From positions 1-27,309 of the IMG/VR virus record IMGVR_UViG_3300020045_004931: 27,309 nucleotides of DNA; one strand, 5' to 3'. The stretch is from a virus (taxonomy: Duplodnaviria; Caudoviricetes). Positions 23,732-27,309 of this stretch are shown here, piece by piece. Under the pieces are notes generated by a model. That model did not search any database. It was not told the origin of the DNA and saw only the letters and a list, made by a program, of their open reading frames with translations. The first letter of the stretch is position 1, and every line of letters begins with the position of its first letter. The position numbers were made by a program, and so were the translations under genes.

Positions 23732-25914
23732 TAGAATAGTGTTAAAGTGCTATTTTTTTCTGCAACAAAAGCCTTATGATTGCTTTCATTGATTTTAAAG
23801 TAACTTTCTTTTAACTCAATACTAATTGATTTTCGATTCATTTTAATCGCACAACAACCCTCTGAACCAATACCTCCAAACGGACTTAATACCGTTTCTC
23901 CCTCGTTTGAATATAAATGCAATATTCTTTCAATCGTATCTAATTGTAATGGACAAATATGTTTCTCATCATTACCATCACGACATGAACGATATTGCAA
24001 AGTTCTTGAATAATCAATATCATACCATACTGGAGAAGCATATTTTTGCCATAAATCAACTGGCAAATAATCCAGTCTTGTATGGTCTTTGTCTTGGTGC
24101 GTTATTGGTGTTTCATTTTCTCCCTCATTTCTAAAAAACAAAACGTAATCAGGAATGCCAACCCTCGACATAATAGAATCTTTTTTTATTGTTTTATGGA
24201 GCAATCCTAATGCTTTTGTACGTTGCATTTCGGTAACAGGGTTTTTCCACAAAGTAACTTTTGAATGATAAATAAACCCCTCTTTTTGAAACCAATCAAT
24301 TAACATTCCTGAAAAATCACGAAGTCCAATATATCCCTCTTTTCCTTTTTGAATAGGCAAATCCATACAATGAATAGCACACATACGACCGCTTTTAAGA
24401 GTTCGTTTCAATTCTGGAATCAGGAACTTAAAATGCTTTTCAAACTCTTGGTAATTTGATACGTTACCCATATCCTCTTCTTTATCTGAATATACATATA
24501 ATTCAGCAAATGGAGGCGAAAACACAACTATATCGGCACAATTATCTGGAAGTTTAGCAGTTTCTTGAACGCAATCACCATTTATCAAATGGTATTGATC
24601 TGTTTTAATTTCTTTGTTCATAATTTTTACTTTTGATTTTGCAAGTTTATAATTGGTTTCCGCACTGTATCTCGACATTTCTTTAATACGCTCGAAGTGC
24701 TGTTTTTCTTTTGTTAAAATAGTACTTCTCACATTCGTTTGACTTTCTGGAATCAAGATATGAACCGTTACTTTGTTTTGTTGTCCAAAACGATAGCAAC
24801 GTCTTACAGCCTGATAAAACGATTCAAACTTAAAATCATAAGACATAAAAACCATTTCATTACATTGTTGGTAATTCATACCAAACGAAGCAATAGAAGT
24901 CTTTGTAATCAATGTTTTAAATTCGTTATTTGCAAATCCGTTTAAATGTTTTGCTTTATATTCTGGACTATCCGAACCTTGCACATTTACACTATTTGTA
25001 AGCAATTTTGATAAAGTATCAGTTTCCTGATTTTTCAATCCCCAAACAATACATTGATTTTCATTTGCATTTACTATTTCCAAAGTTTTTTCAATCCTTG
25101 CATCGAATGAACGACTCAAGTCTTTATGTAAGTATGTTGCACTTACAGCAACATCACCAAATAGATTTTCACTTAAATTTTCAACCTTAATAATATGCTC
25201 GATATATTCAATTTCTGGCAAATTATATCCCTCGTTGCAAAATCCTAAACTACTTGGATTATCAATAGCCATAGACCAACCAGATACATATTTCCAAAAG
25301 TTATCTTGAGCGTGTTTTCTTAAACGCCATTTTGAAGTTTCTCCTCCATCGTGAACAAAGAACATTGCCAACATTTCTAAATAAGACATGCCTCCTAAAA
25401 ATTCAGAATGTTGCCCTAATTCCATATGGTCGTTTGGACTTGGTGTTGCAGTACAACAAAGTTTATAAGGTGTTGTTTTAAACGTTTCAATTATCAATGA
25501 TGATAGTTTACCGTCACGACCTTTTAAAATGCTCGATTCATCCAATACAACACCTGAATAAATAGAAGTATCTGTGTTTTTCAATTGATCGTAATTTGTA
25601 ATATCAAAAACATCAATATCGATTCCAAATTTTATAGATTCATTTTTTGTTTGTTCAACAATTGCCAAAGGAGCAAGTATTAAAACTTTCTTTTTTGTTT
25701 TTATTGACACTTGTTTTGCCCATTCTAATTGACAAAATGTTTTTCCTAATCCACAATCAAAGAAAAACGCAAACTTTCCTTTAAATAAAGCCGTTTTAAC
25801 TCCAAACTTTTGAAAGTCTTTTAATAATGGATTTAATTTATTTTCAGAAATAGTAAATCCACTTTCTAAAAATGTTTTTCGTTTTGTTTCTAAAAACTTT
25901 TGATAATCACTCAT
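23731..25914 (-). CDS. SNF2-like helicase fused to an amino (N4-C/N6-A) DNA methyltransferase; start corrected to 25914
   Basis: N-half: DCGLGKT, VLDESS, TATPSPND, GMNYQ and QAVRRCYRFGQ. C-half: GDC, catalytic SPPF, HICPLQ and SAM-binding SPFGGIGS in beta-class order. Confidence 0.88.
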   Translation of the reverse strand: MSDYQKFLETKRKTFLESGFTISENKLNPLLKDFQKFGVKTALFKGKFAFFFDCGLGKTFCQLEWAKQVSIKTKKKVLILAPLAIVEQTKNESIKFGIDIDVFDITNYDQLKNTDTSIYSGVVLDESSILKGRDGKLSSLIIETFKTTPYKLCCTATPSPNDHMELGQHSEFLGGMSYLEMLAMFFVHDGGETSKWRLRKHAQDNFWKYVSGWSMAIDNPSSLGFCNEGYNLPEIEYIEHIIKVENLSENLFGDVAVSATYLHKDLSRSFDARIEKTLEIVNANENQCIVWGLKNQETDTLSKLLTNSVNVQGSDSPEYKAKHLNGFANNEFKTLITKTSIASFGMNYQQCNEMVFMSYDFKFESFYQAVRRCYRFGQQNKVTVHILIPESQTNVRSTILTKEKQHFERIKEMSRYSAETNYKLAKSKVKIMNKEIKTDQYHLINGDCVQETAKLPDNCADIVVFSPPFAELYVYSDKEEDMGNVSNYQEFEKHFKFLIPELKRTLKSGRMCAIHCMDLPIQKGKEGYIGLRDFSGMLIDWFQKEGFIYHSKVTLWKNPVTEMQRTKALGLLHKTIKKDSIMSRVGIPDYVLFFRNEGENETPITHQDKDHTRLDYLPVDLWQKYASPVWYDIDYSRTLQYRSCRDGNDEKHICPLQLDTIERILHLYSNEGETVLSPFGGIGSEGCCAIKMNRKSISIELKESYFKINESNHKAFVAEKNSTLTLF

Positions 25915-25929
25915 AATTATTAATTTTTT

Positions 25930-26021
25930 AAAATTAGAAACCCCTAAACAATGCACTACTACTGTTTAGGGGTTCTTGTTAGTATTTCTACTAAATATTT
26001 TCCTGTCGGTAGTGCTTCGAC
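25930..26021 (-). ncRNA. candidate structured 5' leader RNA B (kissing hairpins plus a GAAA-tetraloop hairpin)
   Basis: GTCG-AAGCACTAC-CGAC; TTAGTA-GAAA-TACTAA; AACCCCTAAACAGT-AGTAGTGC-ATTGTTTAGGGGTT. GCACTAC is the reverse complement of GTAGTGC. Confidence 0.65.
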
Positions 26022-26025
26022 TTCG

Positions 26026-26033
26026 CAAAGATA
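26026..26033 (-). promoter_or_regulatory. -7 box TATCTTTG upstream of leader B
   Basis: Matches TAnnTTTG. A 4-nt spacer puts +1 on the first base of hairpin 1. Confidence 0.65.
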
Positions 26034-26039
26034 ATGTAT

Positions 26040-26249
26040 TTATTTTATTCCATCAAATATTCGTCTAACAAAATAACCTCTTACAATTGATACGGCAAAA
26101 AACACCGATGTAATGATTATATTTTGAAAGAAAGTTACAGGAATACCCATTATTGGATATAAAATTACCTGAATTAATATCGATGTTCCAAGTCCTATAA
26201 TGGTTTGGATTATGCTTTCGACAAAGCTTTTTCGTTTAGATTGTTTCAT
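26040..26249 (-). CDS. small two-helix membrane protein of the type often adjacent to phage DNA methylases (DUF7220-like)
   Basis: QSKRKSFVES…G…P..G…N…F..VSIVRGYFVRRIF pattern with two hydrophobic segments. Confidence 0.7.
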   Translation of the reverse strand: MKQSKRKSFVESIIQTIIGLGTSILIQVILYPIMGIPVTFFQNIIITSVFFAVSIVRGYFVRRIFDGIK

Positions 26250-26365
26250 ATCAACTCATTCATAGGATTAATAACCGAATTACAATAAATCGGTTCTGTT
26301 TTTTCTGGAATCAATTTGCTTTTTAGCCGGTGATTGTGTTTTTGGAATGTTTCGTGTGTTGTCAT
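26246..26365 (-). CDS. hypothetical protein, 39 aa (not in ORF track)
   Basis: MTTHETFQKHNHRLKSKLIPEKTEPIYCNSVINPMNELI*, with ATGA overlaps at both ends. Confidence 0.55.
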   Translation of the reverse strand: MTTHETFQKHNHRLKSKLIPEKTEPIYCNSVINPMNELI

Positions 26366-26982
26366 TTTGTCCATTGTAGTGCCATTGCTTTTGCTATTCC
26401 TGGAAATGTTTTAGAGCGTAAAGTTGAGCGTTCTTCTTTTGGCAACTTCCAAGCTTCAGCATACCAAGTAGGCATACTCTTTCCGCTTTCAAAAACTGTT
26501 CTTGGAGCAGGTGCTACAATATTTGTAGGTATTAAATTAGGTAATCCTTTAATCCAAAGGCAAGTTTTCTTTTCAAACGGATCGCCAAATTGAAAGGGAT
26601 TAATTATTTGATTTGGTTTTCTCCATTCACTAGACATAATTCCTACAGGGTTTTCAATTACAATTTTTTCACAATCTGCATTAGCAAACATCATAAAAAA
26701 ATCTATTGCATCTTTTCTGTCTTTATAGCGTTGTATTGCTTTTTCTCCGTAACGCTCTACATTAAACCATCTATTTCCTGTTACGGTTAAAAATGTGCAC
26801 GTAGGGAATGCAATAATCATATCCCACTTATCTTTTAAAAGCTCGGTTACATCTTGCTGCAAGTGCCATTCCGGATAACCTCCTGAACACGGCAATAAAT
26901 CACAACTATAAGCCTCGTGACCTAGTAATCTTAATTCTTTAGTCACTGCCTGACTTTCTTCACATGCCACTAATATTTTCAT
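26362..26982 (-). CDS. compact phage DNA (cytosine-5) methyltransferase-like protein
   Basis: MKILVACEES, SCDL, WDMIIAFPTCT (motif IV Cys), IENP (motif VI), K.TCLW and RSKTFPGIAKAMA.QW. Confidence 0.75.
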   Translation of the reverse strand: MKILVACEESQAVTKELRLLGHEAYSCDLLPCSGGYPEWHLQQDVTELLKDKWDMIIAFPTCTFLTVTGNRWFNVERYGEKAIQRYKDRKDAIDFFMMFANADCEKIVIENPVGIMSSEWRKPNQIINPFQFGDPFEKKTCLWIKGLPNLIPTNIVAPAPRTVFESGKSMPTWYAEAWKLPKEERSTLRSKTFPGIAKAMALQWTK

Positions 26983-27194
26983 AAAAATAATTTTATAAGT
27001 TGTTTTAAATCGTCAATTGTGTTGCAGTTTGGCAATTCAATCCAATTATTATCGATAGCAAATTCAACTGAATCAAGACCGTTCACTTGTATTTTTACCA
27101 AATTCTTTTCTATTAAAAACTCTCTGAAAAATACACCATCATACGTATTTGAAGTGTCTTTAAATCCTAAATCTAAAAGTTCTTTATCTGTCAT
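26979..27194 (-). CDS. hypothetical phage protein
   Basis: T.KELLDLGF start and IDDLKQLI end, with ATGA overlaps on both sides. Confidence 0.7.
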   Translation of the reverse strand: MTDKELLDLGFKDTSNTYDGVFFREFLIEKNLVKIQVNGLDSVEFAIDNNWIELPNCNTIDDLKQLIKLFL

Positions 27195-27307
27195 AATTTT
27201 ACTATTTTAATTTCAAATTTACATTCATAACACAACCATCTTTTTAAAGAAGAATCAATTCCAATTTTACGGTACATTTCTCGATATTTACGATTAAACT
27301 TAATCAA
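27191..27307 (-). CDS. 3' end of a hypothetical protein entering from the window edge
   Basis: Open frame …LIKFNRKYREMYRKIGIDSSLKRWLCYECKFEIKIVKL*, whose TGA overlaps the ATG at 27194. Confidence 0.5.
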   Translation of the reverse strand: MIKFNRKYREMYRKIGIDSSLKRWLCYECKFEIKIVKL

Positions 27308-27309
27308 TT

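Noticed and set aside
60-27210. Numerous 60-96 aa plus-strand ORFs in the track (e.g. 560..760, 2528..2791, 19365..19655, 26330..26593) and nested minus ORFs 11770..11952 and 12677..12877
   Set aside because: They lie antisense to, or out of frame within, well-supported genes, mostly use non-ATG starts and have no motifs. They are treated as shadow ORFs.
1-27309. Calling the element an integrated prophage, or a gene transfer agent because of the short tape measure
   Set aside because: No integrase, att site or host gene is visible, so lifestyle cannot be determined. Its own replication and modification genes argue against a GTA.

Overview
This AT-rich window is part of a tailed dsDNA phage or prophage genome of siphovirus type. 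The host is probably Bacteroidota (Flavobacteriaceae-like), inferred from repeated TAnnTTTG promoter boxes and A-rich, Shine-Dalgarno-less starts. Almost all genes are on the minus strand. In transcription order (right to left) there is first a DNA-modification/replication block: a short C5-cytosine-MTase-like protein, an SNF2-like helicase fused to an amino-MTase, an HTH protein, a Prim-Pol/DUF3987 protein, an iteron-like origin, and an SF2 helicase fused to a VRR-NUC-like nuclease. Packaging and head genes follow (TerS, TerL, HK97-type portal, SPP1-gp7-like minor head protein, protease, major capsid). Next come an oppositely oriented four-gene accessory cassette, the neck genes, and the tail genes (tube, chaperone with a -1 frameshift, short tape measure, hub, a second tube paralogue, two fibre-like paralogues). 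After a terminator lies a new operon with Nmad5-like and DUF5662-like genes. No integrase, lysis cassette, tRNA, rRNA or CRISPR was recognised. The most striking unexplained signals are non-coding. (i) Two sequence-unrelated 5' leaders share one architecture: promoter, hairpin 1, hairpin 2, U-tract, with perfect 7-bp loop-loop (kissing) complementarity. (ii) Three structural genes have a promoter box exactly 4 nt before ATG, predicting leaderless mRNAs. (iii) An in-frame FxxxFxxxF peptide lies behind the major tail protein TGA, suggesting readthrough. (iv) A G:U-rich terminator leader precedes terS. All family assignments come from motif recognition by eye, not database searches.
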